From Octopus vulgaris (Eukaryota), in contig OX597835.1 of the NCBI GenBank assembly GCA_951406725.2, positions 43,090,001 to 43,154,000 of the forward strand: DNA of 64,000 nt, given 5' to 3'. The notes below the pieces were generated by a model. That model had not been told where the DNA came from. It worked only from the letters and a program-made list of their open reading frames with translations, and did not search any database. Below, in pieces: positions 26,599 to 40,198 of this stretch (its first letter is position 1; every line of letters starts with the position of its first letter). Both the position numbers and the translations under genes were made by a program.

Positions 26599-27829
26599 GG
26601 AAAATCTTTGAAGCTAATCACACAGGTTTTCAGCAAATGTTCCTATTTGTCATTCGTGGTTTCTTCAGTGACGCCACCACATTCCTAACTGCATCAAAAT
26701 ATTGGATTCTTTTTTGGATACTCTCACAGATTTCATATTTTTTCTATTTTGATCCAGTTGTTTTCAAATTTGGTATACCAATTTAGATTTGTATGCTAAT
26801 CATGAAAATGAAATTCATTTTTGCTAGAAATTAGGAAATTAAAAGCAAATAGTTTTTCAAGTTTGCAAATTTTGAGTAATTTTATCCAATCAAAAGCCAC
26901 CATTATACACACATGACCATAAATCTCAATTTTGGTGTCTGTTTCTATAGCAACACAAAGCTGTAGTGGTTACAGTGATGAAACATTATTTTCATTTTTG
27001 TGTAATTTAGATGACAATATATTCACAGCACCCTGTATATAGGCACAGGTATGACAGTATAGGAAGAAGCTTGCTTCAAAACCACATAGTTCTAGGTTCA
27101 GTCCCACTGCGTGACATCTTGAGTGTATTCTACTATAGCCTCAGGCCAACCAAAGCCTTGTGAGTAGATCTTGTAGATGGAAACTGAAAGAAGCCCATAG
27201 TATATATATATATATATTTACCTTTTGGCAAATGTAAGCACTGGCAGAAACATACCTTTAGCTCATATAAGGAATCGAAACCGCAATCCTCCAACCGCGA
27301 GTCCACTGCCCTAACCACTGGGCCATTACGCCTCCACTGTAGTTGCTACTGCTGCTACAGCTGTTGTTGTTGTTGTTCTTCTTCTTCTTCTTCTTCTTCT
27401 TCTTCTTCTTCTTGTTTTGTTGTTGATGCTGCTGCTGCCACTGCTGCTGTTGCTGCCTGTTGCTATTGTTGTTGTTGTTGCTGTTGTATTTTGCTTAATC
27501 CTAGGTCAGCTTTCAACAACCAGGATCTCTGATCAAAGGCATTCCAGCTATGACCATCCTGTTCTTTTGTTGACATCCGTCACATACCCACCCACGCACC
27601 CTATCGTACCCTTTTTGTAAATTCAAACAATGGAATTCCTCTATTCTTTTATTCTATTATTTGTTTCAATCATCTGACTATGGCCATGCTGGAGCACCGC
27701 CTTTAGTCAGACACATAGATCCCAGGACTTATTCTTTGTAAGCCTAGTATTTATTCTGTCAGTCTCTTTTGCCAAACTGTTAAGTTATAGGGATGTGAAC
27801 ACATCAAGCGATGATGGGGGAACAAACAG

Positions 27830-27914
<85 letters not shown>

Positions 27915-28208
27915 TTTATATATATAAATGTACACATATATATGCGGCAGGCTTCTCTCAGTTTCCATCTACCAAATCCACTCACAAGGCTTTGGTTGGC
28001 CCGAGGTTGTAGTAGAAGACAGCCACTCCTGTGCCTATAGTAGTTGCGAAATTGAGGGAGATTCAGCTGCTATTTCTTTCGAAGCCAGAATAACCCCTGT
28101 TATCATTGTTGGTGTTGTTATAAACAGCAGGAAGAGGGTGGTGGTAGACGGGGGGGGGGGGAAATACCACCACCACCTCCACATCAGCAACCAACATCAC
28201 CATCTCTA

Positions 28209-28240
<32 letters not shown>

Positions 28241-28390
28241 ACAGTAATGACGATGTGGTATTTTACAAATGGAAGTTATTTTATTACATAAAACTACAAA
28301 CGTAACTGGGTCAAAGCATTAAGTAACATTTCACACGGCAGTTAATACATATTTATTCTCTCACTTCTGCCTGTCTATTTCTCCCTCCTA

Positions 28391-28456
<66 letters not shown>

Positions 28457-28637
28457 TTGTATATACGTGTGTGTGTGTGTGTATGTGTGTGTGTGTGTAT
28501 ATATGTCGTTATTCAGTTTTATTTCCAGATTTCTTGCCAATTGAGAAAAAGCCAGTTTCCAACATAGATCCAAGACTCATTCATTGGAATTCCAACAACA
28601 TCAACAGGGTATTTTTGCATATATATATATATATATG

Positions 28638-28946
28638 TGGAGGCGCAATGGCCCAGTGGTTAGGGCAACGGACTCGTGGTTGTAGGATCACGGTTTCGCT
28701 TCCCAGACCAGGCATTGTGAGTGTTTATTGAGCGAAAACACCTAAAGCTCCATGAGGCTCCGGCAGGGGCTGGTGGCAATCCCTGCTGTACTCTTTCGCC
28801 ACAACTTCCTCTCACTCTTTCTTCTGTTGGCCTGCCCACTTAGCCAGCGGGGTGGCATCATTTGATGGCTAAAACAATGCGAAGCGCATTGTGACCAGCG
28901 ATGTGTAGCAACATCTGATAGCCAGGTCGATCACAGGGATCACGAT
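28638..28946 (+). mobile_element. tRNA-derived SINE family 5; partial copies at 27265-27337(-) and 57270-57475(-)
   Basis: GGCGCAATGGCCCAGTGGTTAGGGC...GGTTTCGCTTCCC head and GATCACG(T/A) tail. Confidence 0.7.
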
Positions 28947-29136
28947 GATATGTGTATATGTGTAGTGTTTGGAGTCAGTGTATGCGCATGTTTCTATATT
29001 TTGTTTCACTAGTGTGTTCTCATGCATATAGTTGCATATCTAGACATACTCATGTATGCTTAAAGGATAAACTTTTGGAATTTTTTGCAAATTCTGCAGT
29101 TCCAATGATAGTTCTGATCTGTAGTCTTCAAGTACA

Positions 29137-29420
29137 TATGTATGTATGTATGTATGTATGTGTGTGTGTATGTATGTATGTATGTATGTATGTATGCATG
29201 CATATATGTATGTATGTATGTATGTATGTGTGTGTGTATGTATGTATGTATGTATGTATGTACGTATGCATGTATGTATGTATGTATGTATGCATGTATG
29301 TATGTATGTATGTATGCATGTATGTATGTATGTATGTGAGTATGTATGTATGTATGTATGTATGCATGTATGCATGTATGCGTGTATGTATGTATGTATG
29401 TATGTATGTATGTATGTATG

Positions 29421-29451
<31 letters not shown>

Positions 29452-30090
29452 GTATATATGTATGTATGTATGTATGTGTGTATGTATGTATGTATGTATG
29501 TATGTATGTATGCATGTATGCATGTATGTATGTATGTATGTATGCATGTATGTATGTATGTAAGTATATATGTATGTATGCATGTATGCGTGTATGCATG
29601 TATGCATGTATGTATGCATGTATGCATTATGTATGTATGTATGTAAGTATGTATGTATGCATGTATGCATGTATGTATGTATGTATGTATGCATGTATGC
29701 GTGTATGTATGTATGTATGTAAGTATGTATGTATGCATGTATGCATGTATGTATGTATGTATGTATGATGCATGTATGCGTGTATGTATGTATGTATGTA
29801 TGTATGCATGTATGTATGTATGCATGTATATATGCATATATATATGTATGTATGCATGCATGTATGCATGTATGTATGTATGTATGTATATATGTATGCA
29901 TGCATGTATGTATGTATGTATGTATGTATGTATGTATGTATGTATATATGCATATATATATGTATGTATGCATGCATGTATGTATGTATGTATGTATGTA
30001 TGTATGTATGTATGTATGTATGTATGTATGTATGTATGTATGTATGTATGTATGTATGTATGTATGTATGTATGTATGCATGCATGCATC

Positions 30091-30121
<31 letters not shown>

Positions 30122-30302
30122 GTATGTATTTATGTATGTATGTATGTATATATGCATATATATATGTATGTATGCATGCATGTATGTATGTATGTATGTA
30201 TGTATGTATGTATGTATGTATGTATGTATGTATGTATGTATGTATGTATGCATGTATGCATGTATGTATGTATGTATGTATGTATGTATGTATGTATGTA
30301 TG

Positions 30303-30333
<31 letters not shown>

Positions 30334-30714
30334 GTATGTATTTATGTATGTATGTATGTATGTATGTATGTATGTATGTATGTATGCATGCATGCATGCA
30401 TGTATGTATGTATGTATGTATGTATGTATGTATGTATGTATGTATATATGCATATATATATGTATGTATGCATGCATGTATGTATGTATGTATGTATGCA
30501 TGTATGCATGTATGTATGCATGTATGCATGTATGTATGTATGTATGTATATATGCATATATATATGTATGTATGCATGCATGTATGTATGTATGTATGTA
30601 TGTATGTATATATGTATGTATGTATGTATGCATGTATGTACGTATGTATGTATGTATGTATGTATGTATGTATGTATGTATGTATGTATGCATGTATGTA
30701 CGTATGTATGTATG

Positions 30715-30748
<34 letters not shown>

Positions 30749-30786
30749 TGTATGTATGTATGTATGTATGTATGTATGTATGTATG
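29137..30786. repeat. 1.65-kb (TATG)n compound microsatellite
   Basis: Direct reading; variant units TGCA, TATA and TAAG recur. Confidence 0.98.
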
Positions 30787-31176
30787 ATATTATCCTGTTT
30801 TTATCTCAAGATTTCTAATAGTGAAAGAGCAGGTTTCCAACCTAGATCTAAAGCTCCGTCATCGGAATTCCGACTACAGAGTATTTTTACATGCACGTGT
30901 ATATATGTGCAGTATTTGAAGTCACTGCATGTGCAGATTTGTATGTTTGATATATATCTTCTCATGCATATGGTTGCATGTCTAGACATGCTAGACATGC
31001 TCAATTAAATGATAAACTTCTGGAAAGTTTTACAGATTTTTATAGTTCCAGTGATGGCTTGAGTTTGTAATCTTCAAATCAGACTTTCTCCCTTCGAATT
31101 TTGGGAACCCTCTTTTCTTAACGTTGGTATTTAAACGGTGTGTTACATATCCCAGTGAAGCCATGCACCTTCACAA

Positions 31177-31495
31177 GCGCATGGCTTAGTGGTTAGGGCA
31201 TTCAGCTCACAATTGAAAGGTCGTGAGTTCAATTCCCAGCGACGTGTTGTGTCCTTGAGCAAGACACTTTATTTCCCATTGTTCCAGTCCACTCAGCTGG
31301 CAAAAATGAGGGGTACCTGTATTTCAAAGGGCCAGCCTTGTCACACTCTGTGTCACGCTGAATCTCCTTGAGAACTACGTTAGGGGTATGCATGTCTGTG
31401 GGTTGCTCAGTCACTTTCACATTAATTTCACGAGCAGGCTGTTCCATTGATTGTATCAGCTGGGACCCTCGTCGTCATAACCGACAGAGTGCTCC
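31177..31495 (+). mobile_element. tRNA-derived SINE family 4 (V-like domain); second copy 127-448(-)
   Basis: TGGCTTAGTGG A box, GAGTTCAATTCC B box, GTGTCCTTGAGCAAGACACTT. Confidence 0.75.
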
Positions 31496-31622
31496 TACAT
31501 ATCCCAGTGCCCCAATAATTACAACTATATACCTGAACTTGTAATCTGGGTAGAGTAACTGTATATTTCTCAATAGTTCAGCATTTTCTTTTTCGCTCAT
31601 CTTTAACATTATGTTAACATCT
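31495..31622 (-). pseudogene. Short RLE-type LINE endonuclease fragment
   Basis: DVNIMLKMSEKENAELLRNIQLLYPDYKFRYIVVIIGALGYV. Confidence 0.5.
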
Positions 31623-31675
31623 CCTATGTATGCATGTGTGTGTGTGTGTGTGTGTGCATGTATGTATGTGTCTGT

Positions 31676-31732
<57 letters not shown>

Positions 31733-31789
31733 TCTGTGTATGTACACCTGCTCACAAAGTTCTACATACATGAATATGATTTCGCTTGA

Positions 31790-32030
31790 GCACATCATCC
31801 ATCATGGTCCCCCATGCTTGTTCTTAATCCATTACCATTTACCATTCCACTGTCCTGAAGCAAATTGTCCACATATATCTAGATGATTTCTTTCCCTGTT
31901 AGTTCTTCCTTCAACTTCCTGCCACAAGACCAGTTGACACACATCTTCTTCTGGCTGTCTGACACAATGGCCATCAATTCTCATTCTTCTCTGCTGAATC
32001 TTCACAGTCGCTTTGGGTAGACCTTGATAA
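31790..32030 (-). pseudogene. RTE LINE C-terminal fragment (another at about 7520-7645 minus)
   Basis: IQQRRMRIDGHCVRQPEEDVCQLVLWQ..EGRTNR; at 7.6 kb IEEVKKFVYLG...EI.KRIRAGWEAF. Confidence 0.6.
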
Positions 32031-32164
32031 AGCTGCTCATTGGTTAAATTCTATCAGTCTCTTTTACCGAACTGCTAAGTTACAGGGACATAAACACACC
32101 AACCTCAATTGTCAAGTAATGGGTGGGTGCAAACACATATATTACTTTTCAAAATCAAATTCAA

Positions 32165-32576
32165 TGACTGGCATCTGTGCTAGTGGGGCACTAAGAGTAC
32201 CATCCGAGCGTGATTGTTGCCAGAACAGCCAGCACCATTTGTAAGTGATCGTTATCAGTGCCACCTTACTGGCACTTGTGCTGGTGGCACGTGAAAAAAC
32301 ATTCAAGCAAGGTCGTTGCCAGTGCAGGTGGCACATAAAAAAACACCATTTGAGCGTGGCCGTTGCCATTACCACCTGACTGGCCCTCGTGCCGGTGGCA
32401 CATAAAAGCACCCACTACACTCTCGGAGTGGTTGGCATTAGGAAGGGCATCCAGCTGTAGAAACTCTACCAGATCAGATTGGAGCCTGGTGCAGCCATCT
32501 GGTTCACCAGCCCTCAATCAAATCATCCAACCCATGCCAGCATGGAAAGCAGACGTTAAACGATGATGATGATGAT
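32165..32576 (+). mobile_element. SINE family 3 with internal GTGGCACGTAAAAAGCACC repeats and (GAT)n tail, representative copy
   Basis: Conserved GGTTGGCATTAGGAAGGGCATCCAGCTGTAGAAAC block and CCAACCCATGCCAGCATGGAAAGC..ACGTTAAACGATGAT end. Copies at about 7700-7930, 12540-13010, 23580-23820, 38610-38863, 53577-53900, 57480-57890, 60218-60522, 62361-62850, 63265-64000. Confidence 0.8.
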
Positions 32577-33334
32577 TTGACAATTATTTGTGTTTCAACA
32601 GCTTAATATCCTGTTTTACTCAGGCCATTCTTTTGATTTCCATTGGCTTGCAGAGAGGCCTCCACCAAATGCACCCAGTACATTGCGTATACCCGGAACT
32701 CATTGAATATTCACTTTTTGGTGTTAAATAACATCAACAGCAACAGTAACTCTACTAATGTGCAATGATTGTGCAGTTAAGAAGTTTGCTTTACAACCAC
32801 ATGTATCCAGGTTCAATCTCTCGGCACAGCACCTTTTGTACTTTTTACTCATTTTGGCCATTAGACTGCCACCATGCTGGGGCACTGCCTTCAAGAATTT
32901 GTAGTCAAATGAATCGACTCCAGTACTTTTTCTTTTTTTAAAAAACCTGTTACTTATTCCATCAAAATCTTTTGCTGAACCACTAAGTTACAGGAACATA
33001 AATGAACATAAATGGTGATGACAACGACGACGACACCAACAACGATGACGATGATTGTTGTTGTTGTTGTTGTTGTTATTAAGACTGTGAGCTGGCAAAA
33101 TCTTTAGCACGCAGGGCAAAATGGTTAGCGGTATTTCATCTGTTCTTACATTCTGAGTTCAAATCCCGCCAAGATCGACTTTGACTTTCATCCCTTTGGG
33201 GTCGATAATTTAAGTACCAGAGAAATACTGGGTTCGATGTAATCAACTAGTCCCCTCTCCCGAAATTTCATGCCTTGTGCCTATAGTAGAAAGGATTATG
33301 ATTATGATTATGATTATTATTATTATTATTATTA

Positions 33335-33843
33335 TCAAAGTGACACTGGGGTACAAATATACGAAGCCCAGTATACCCATCATGACTACTCGTCTGACTA
33401 CAGCCATATGTGCGCGACATGGTGATCTCATATCAAGATAAACAGCGCATGACCTTGCAGGTGGAGCCCAGTTAGAATTTTCTTCTAGTCGAGTAACCCA
33501 TGCCGTTCAAAAGGTCCCTGAATAAGGGTTGTCTAAGGATGTTGAACAAAGCACCCATGTTTCCAGAGTTGAATTATCCAAACCTCTAAGAATTCCTTTC
33601 AACACACGGCTATGATACTCCCCCACTATTTCTGCTCATGATCAGAGATACACTTATCATCAGCCACTAAGGGACATGCTCAACTGATTACGTCCAAACA
33701 ACTGACAAGCAAATCTGTGGTATTGAGTAGAATATTTGTTGTAGCCCATCTTTTATACCAAGACAAAACAATGTACATGATAACACTTCCAATCAGTTAA
33801 GATCAGAAGCCATGAGAGCCACGGCCTGGTACTGCATCAGGGC

Positions 33844-33877
<34 letters not shown>

Positions 33878-34462
33878 TAGTTTTATTTTTATAGTGTGCT
33901 TTCACTTCACTACCGAGCACAGCTCTGTGTGACTTGGGTATGTGCTGTGATTTGTTGTGATGCTCTTATGGTTACTGTATTGAAAGTGTTTTGCATAGGA
34001 TGTGTGCAGTGCCCAGTAGTGCAATTTTTTGTATGTTATATGTGTTTGTAAGTCCTGGTGTTTTTGTTATGTATTTGTCTGAATATTTTTTTATCATGCC
34101 TAATGTGCCTACTATGATAGGAATTGTTTCTGTTTTTAGATTCCACATTCTGGTTACCTCTATTTCCAGGTCTTTGTATTTTGAGAGTTTCTCCATTTCT
34201 TTTAGAGACACGTTGTCATCTGCTGGTATTGATACATCAATTAGAAAGCATTTTTTTCTTCATGATCTCTGACAACTATATCTGGTCTGTTGGCCTTAAT
34301 TTCTCTCTGTGTGTGTGTATTGGCATATCCCAGAGTATGGTTGCTTTCTCGTTTTCTGTGACCTTTTCTGGTGTGTGCCTATACCATCTTTTTTCTGTTG
34401 TTATTCCATAATGTTGGCATAGCTTCCAGTGTATGTATGTATGTATGTATGTATGTATGTAT

Positions 34463-34511
<49 letters not shown>

Positions 34512-35142
34512 CATCATTATTATTATTATTGTTATTATTGTTATTATTATTATTGTTATTATTATTATTATTATTATTGAGTGAGAGAGCAGTGCATGCC
34601 ATCAAAGTGACACTGGGGTAAAATATACAAAGCCCAATACACCCATCATGACACCCGTCTGATAAGGGTACACCAGGCACATGCATCACAACCATATGTG
34701 CGCGACATGGTGATCTCATATCAAGATAAACAGCACATGACCTTGCAAGTGGGGCTCAGTTAGAATTTTCTTCAGGTTGAGTAGCCCATCCCGCTCAAAA
34801 GGTCCCTGAATAAGGGTTGTTTAAGGATGTTGAAAGAACCACCCATGTTTCCAGAGGTGAATTATTCAAACCCCAAAGAATCCCTCTCAACACATGGCTA
34901 TGATGCTCCCCACTACTTCTGCTCGTGATCAGAGATGCACATATCGTCAGCCACTAAGGGACATGCTCAACTGGTTAAGGTCAAACAACTGACAAGCAAA
35001 TCTGTGGTATTGAGCAGAATATTTGCTGTAGCCCATCTTTTATACCAAGACAAAACAATGTACATGATAACACTTCCAATCAGTTAAGATCAGAAGCCAT
35101 GAGAGCCACTGCCTGGTACTGTTATTATTATTATTATTATTA

Positions 35143-35173
<31 letters not shown>

Positions 35174-35205
35174 CATCATTATTATTATTATTGTTATTAT
35201 TGTTG

Positions 35206-35249
<44 letters not shown>

Positions 35250-35804
35250 GAGTGAGAGAGCAGCGCATGCCATCAAAGTGACACTGGGGTAAAATATACG
35301 AAGCCCAATATACCCATCATGACTACCCGTCTGATAAAGGTACACCAGGCACATGCATCACAACCATATGTGCGCGACATGGTGATCTCATATCAAGATA
35401 AACAGCACATAACCTTGCAGGTGGGGCCCAGTTAGAATTTTCTTCAGGTTGAGTAGCCCATCCCGCTCAAAAGGTCCCTGAATAAGGGTTGTTTAAGGAT
35501 GTTGAAAGAACCACCCATGTTTCCAGAGGTGAATTATTCAAACCCAAAAGAATCCCTCTCAACACATGGCTATGATGCTCCCCCACTACTTCTGCTCGTG
35601 ATCAGAGATGCACATATCATCAGCCACTAAGGGACATGCTCAACTGGTTAAAGTCAAACAACTGACAAGCAAATCTGTGGTATTGAGCAGAATATTTGCT
35701 GTAGCCCATCTTTTATACCAAGACAAAACAATGTACATGATAACACTTCCAATCAGTTAAGATCAGAAGCCATGAGAGCCTCTGCCTGGTACTGCATCAG
35801 GGCA

Positions 35805-35806
<2 letters not shown>
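33335..35806. repeat. Three copies of a ~500-550 bp non-coding element (33335-33845, 34579-35120, 35250-35806) embedded in (TTA)n
   Basis: Same orientation, highly similar sequence, each bounded by TTA tracts. Confidence 0.9.
33875..34430 (-). mobile_element. R4/Dong-clade non-LTR retrotransposon 3' fragment (restriction-like endonuclease)
   Basis: HWKLC..YG...WYRHTPEKVTENEKATILWDMPIHT...RPDIVV...FLIDVSIP..EKLSKYKDLEIEV.RMW...PIIVGTLG...QKIALLGTAHIL; ends in (TAA)n. Confidence 0.85.
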
Positions 35807-35846
<40 letters not shown>

Positions 35847-35905
35847 CATCATTATTATTATTATTGTTATTATTGTTATTATTATTATTGTTATTATTAT
35901 TATTG

Positions 35906-35943
<38 letters not shown>

Positions 35944-36135
35944 GCATGCTAGGTGAAACACTTAACAGTATTTCTCTCATTGCTACAGTCTGAGTTCAAG
36001 TTCTGCCAAGGTCAACTTTGCCTTCCATCCTTTCAGGGTCGATAAATTATGTACGAGTTGAGTTCTGGGGTTGATGTAATTAACAAGTCCTGCTTCCCAA
36101 AATTTCATGCCTTGTACCTATAGTAGAATGAAATG

Positions 36136-36172
<37 letters not shown>

Positions 36173-36173
36173 A

Positions 36174-36232
<59 letters not shown>

Positions 36233-36233
<1 letters not shown>

Positions 36234-36790
36234 CAGCTTCTACCAGTGTCAGCTGTTCACTACCAGTGAACTAAGGTAACACCTCTTATTTTTTGAGCAC
36301 CTTCCGGAGTATTCGAGCGGTCCCAAGCAGAGCTGTTTTCTGCAAGTACCCTACTCTTATTGCAGCCCCTATTTATTCCACGTACTTCTCACGATTTTTG
36401 CTCACTGTTCCCAGAGCTTCGACAATTATTGGTACTACTGCTACCTTTTTCATCGACCACAACTGCTTAACCTCCCAAGCTAACCTGTCATATATATCGA
36501 CTTTTCTTCCTTCCTTATCACATACGTTGTTGTCAGCTGGGCATGCTATATTTATGAGCCAGCATAGTTTGTTTTCTTTCTCAATTATGACTAAGTCCGG
36601 CTTCCTATTCTCAATCTCATGATCGCACTGAATCATAAAATCTCACAGGATTTTTTGCATTTCTATTTTCAACAATGCCTTCAGGTTGGTGATCATACCA
36701 ATTTTTTGCTCCATCAACTCCATACTTGTTGCAAAGCGTCCAATGGACAAGCCTGACTATATTGTTGTGGCGTCTCTTATATTCCTTCTG
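36233..36790 (-). mobile_element. Second R4/Dong-clade 3' fragment (different family)
   Basis: WYDHQPEGIVEN...IQCDHEIENRKPDLVII...INIACPAD...YDRLAWEVKQLW...VPIIVEALG...LQKTALLGTARILRKVL; followed by (TAA)n. Confidence 0.85.
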
Positions 36791-36954
36791 GGAATATTAT
36801 TATCATCATCATCATCATCATCATCATTTTCTCTCATTATTGCTAACATTATTCCGCCTGTTTGGCTAATTGTTGATCCCATGTGTCTAAAATCCTTCAG
36901 GTTTTAAAGCAACGAATCACACAATATCATTTTTGACACCTTAACAATTAATAA

Positions 36955-37191
36955 ACTGTTGTGTCTGGGGAAAGTCATTTTCTTTTTGTGCCTTATAATT
37001 TAACACACTCACCGCAAAAATTTCCACTTATTTCTTATTTTTATTTTCCTAAAATTAAGACTATTGAAAAGGTTGTAAGACGCAACGAAAATTTTAGGAA
37101 AAATAGAAATAAGAAATAAGTGGAAATTTCACCGGTGAGTGTGTTAAGTTAGAAGGCACAAAAAGAAAATGACTCTCCCCAGACACAACAG
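36955..37191. mobile_element. Fold-back MITE (about 100-bp imperfect arms)
   Basis: ctgttgtgtctgggg...cctaaaatt / aattttagg...ccccagacacaacag. Confidence 0.75.
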
Positions 37192-37695
37192 AATATGCTT
37201 CAACACACAAACTCACATAAAGAATCTTGCAAACCAAATCCCAAAACGAAATTTAATAAACTGTTTTCCCTCTGAATAATATTGCAATGACCTGAAAGGA
37301 AGTTAGTCAGACGAAGTTCTTGCTCAATTATTTATTCATGCAGAGCAACTACAACTTACCGTTATGGGTGTAATATGTATTTGTGAAGAGACCAACAAGT
37401 ACACCTGAAAGAAGTACAGAAGTTCGTTACTGTCTGACATATATTTACAGGTACCTTCTATTACAGCAATGTAATTACTCTTTACTCATTTACTTGCTTC
37501 AGTCATTTGACAGCGGCCATGCTGGAGCACCACCTTTTAATCGAGCAACTCGACCCCAGGACTTATTCTTTGTAAGCCCAGTACTTATTCTATCGGTCTC
37601 TTTTGCCGAACCGCTAAGTGATGGAGACATAAACACACCAGCATCGGTTGTCAAGCAATGCTAGGGAGGCAAACACAGACACACAAACAGACATG

Positions 37696-37784
<89 letters not shown>

Positions 37785-38502
37785 GACGGGCTTCTTTCAG
37801 TTTCCGGCTACCAAATCCACTCACAAGGCTTTGGTCAGCCTGAGGCTATAGTAGAAGATACTTGCCCAAGGTGCCACGCAGTGGGACTGAACCCGGAACC
37901 ATGTGGTTGGTAAGCAAGCTACTTACCACACAGCCACTTTTCTCCACACATTCTTTTGGCTTCTGTTGGTAGGAAGAAGTGGAGACACCCATTGTACCAC
38001 ATACAATGGATATTCTTTCTTCTTTTCTTTTACTTGTTTCAGTCATTTGACTGCGGCCATGATGGAGCACCGCCTTTTAGTCAAGCAAATCGACCCCTAG
38101 TACTTATTCTATCGGTCTCTTTTGCCTAACCGCTAAGTTACGGAGACATAAACACACCAGCTTCGGTTGTCAAGCAATTTTGGGGGGGCGGGCTCACCAG
38201 TCCGCAATCAAACCATCCAACCCATGTCAGCATGGAAAGTGTATGTTAAAAGACAAGAATCTATTTTCTTTTAGTGAGGGATTTCCTTTAATTCTTTTAC
38301 TTGTTTCAGTCATATAGACTCCCATTACCGAAAGCTGAACAGTTATCTCCCTTACCCACAACAATAACAACAATAACGATAACCAATTACCTCCCTTTTT
38401 TATCTACTTGTGAAGTCATTCACTCGTGAATTTCATCATATCACACACAACAGGGACAAAATTTCTTCTTAAGGAAAAATACATATTCAAATAAGTAAAA
38501 CA

Positions 38503-38537
38503 ATATCATGAATAGCGATAGCGAAACCGGTCGATAT
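38503..38537 (+). ncRNA. Minimal hammerhead ribozyme with variant A3-U8 core
   Basis: atatc-ATGAATA-gc(gata)gc-GAAA-CCGG-TC^gatat. 5-bp stem I, palindromic ACCGGT stem III, GUC site. Confidence 0.65.
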
Positions 38538-40151
38538 ATTAAAAATTATATTAAAATTATGTAAGTGTGCGTATTTTCCTTTTTTAATTTCTTAGCGCCG
38601 CTTGACTAGCGTCCGTGTCGGTGACACGTAAAAGCACCAACCGATCGTGGCCGTTTGCCAGCCAGCGCTGGCTCCTGTGCCGGTGGCATGTAAAAAACAC
38701 CCACTACACTCACGGAGTGGTTGTCGTTAGGAAGGGGATCCAGCTGTAGAAACACAGCCAAATCAGACTAGAGCCTGGTGCAGCCTCCATGGCTTACTAG
38801 ACCCCGGTCGAACCGTCCAACCTATGCTAGCATGAAAAACGGACGTTAAATGATGATGATGATACACGATGGGCTTCTTTCAGTTTCAATCTACCAAATC
38901 CACTCATAAGGCTTTGGTCAGCCCGAGGCTATAGTAGAAGACAGTTGCCCAAGGCGCCACACAGTGGGACTGAACCTGGAACCATGTTGTTGGTAAGCAA
39001 GTTACTTACCACACAGCCACTCCTGCACCTATTCAAATTTTTGCCAGATTTTTTTTTTTTTACACTGTAGCATCTTTATTACTAAATTCTAGGAAAAAAA
39101 AATGAATATGATTTCATCATCAGCAGGCAAAACAAGGTTATCTTTTGTTGACAATAAACCAGTGAAAATTTTAAATACTTTAAGTGGTAGAAAGAAATTT
39201 AACAGATGCCATACCCCAGTACAGCTTTTACAGTAAGTATGCCTAGTTCTGTGAATGTGAGACATATGACCCTGAACAACCATGAACCCAGTATTTTCAT
39301 CATAGCTAATATGGTATACCTGCTATACACTGTGCACCCTGTTTTAGTCTGTATTCCGGGTATCTCCAATGTACACCAGGCCAGAGCTGTTAGTGTGAAC
39401 AGGATACCCTTTACACCAAGTAACATTAGTGACAGACTTGCTTTGATAAACGATACCCTCATCTCCCACTCCTTCCACTTCTCTCTCTCTCTCTCTTCCT
39501 CTATCCGTCTTTCTGTATGTATGTATGTATGTATGTATGTATGTATGTATGTATGTATGTATGTATGAATGAATGTATGTATGCATGTATGTATGTAGCT
39601 ATCTATCTATCTATCTATCTGTATATATAATATATATATGTATATATGTTACTCTTTTACTTATTTCAGTCATTGGACTATGGCCATGCTGGAGTACTGC
39701 CTTTAGTCGAGCAAATCAACCCCAGGACTTATTCTTTGTAAGCCTAGTACTTATTCTATCGGTCTCTTTTGCCGAACTGCTAAGTTACGGGGGACGTAAA
39801 CACACCAGCATCAGTTGTCAAGCACACAAACACACACATATATATACATATATATATATATACGACAGGCTTCTTTTCAGTTTCCGTCTACTAAATCCAC
39901 TCACAAGGATTTGGTCGGCCCAAGGCTATAGTAGAAGACACTTACCCAAGGTGCCACGCAGTGGGACTGATCCTGGAACCATGTGGTTGGTAAGCAAGCT
40001 ACTTACCACATAGCCACTCCTGCACCTATATATATATATATATATATATATTTTATATATTTTTGTATGTGTATATATATATATATATATATATACACAT
40101 ACATACATACATACATATATATGTATATATATATATATACATATATATATA

Positions 40152-40198
<47 letters not shown>

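Larger units (their letters stand above)
28503..31140 (-). mobile_element. Two diverged same-orientation copies of a probable PLE 3' end (28503-29135 with a SINE inserted; 30786-31140) separated by (TATG)n
   Basis: 28952-29135 aligns with 30885-31080 and 28503-28620 with 30786-30890. The minus strand ends ...DYKLKPSLEL*, resembling a GIY-YIG C-terminus. Confidence 0.45.

Noticed and set aside
28638-28712. tRNA gene candidates (also 31177-31240 and the SINE family 1 heads)
   Set aside because: A/B boxes are present but the cloverleaf is imperfect and each continues into a SINE body.
28952-31008. Many long MYVC/HTYI ORFs
   Set aside because: Translations of (TATG)n; the same applies to the YI/HT/CV ORFs throughout the window.
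39089-39586. Non-repetitive ORFs of 64-120 aa (e.g. GLVYIGDT)
   Set aside because: No recognisable domain or clear splice structure; cannot be supported as an exon or GIY-YIG fragment.
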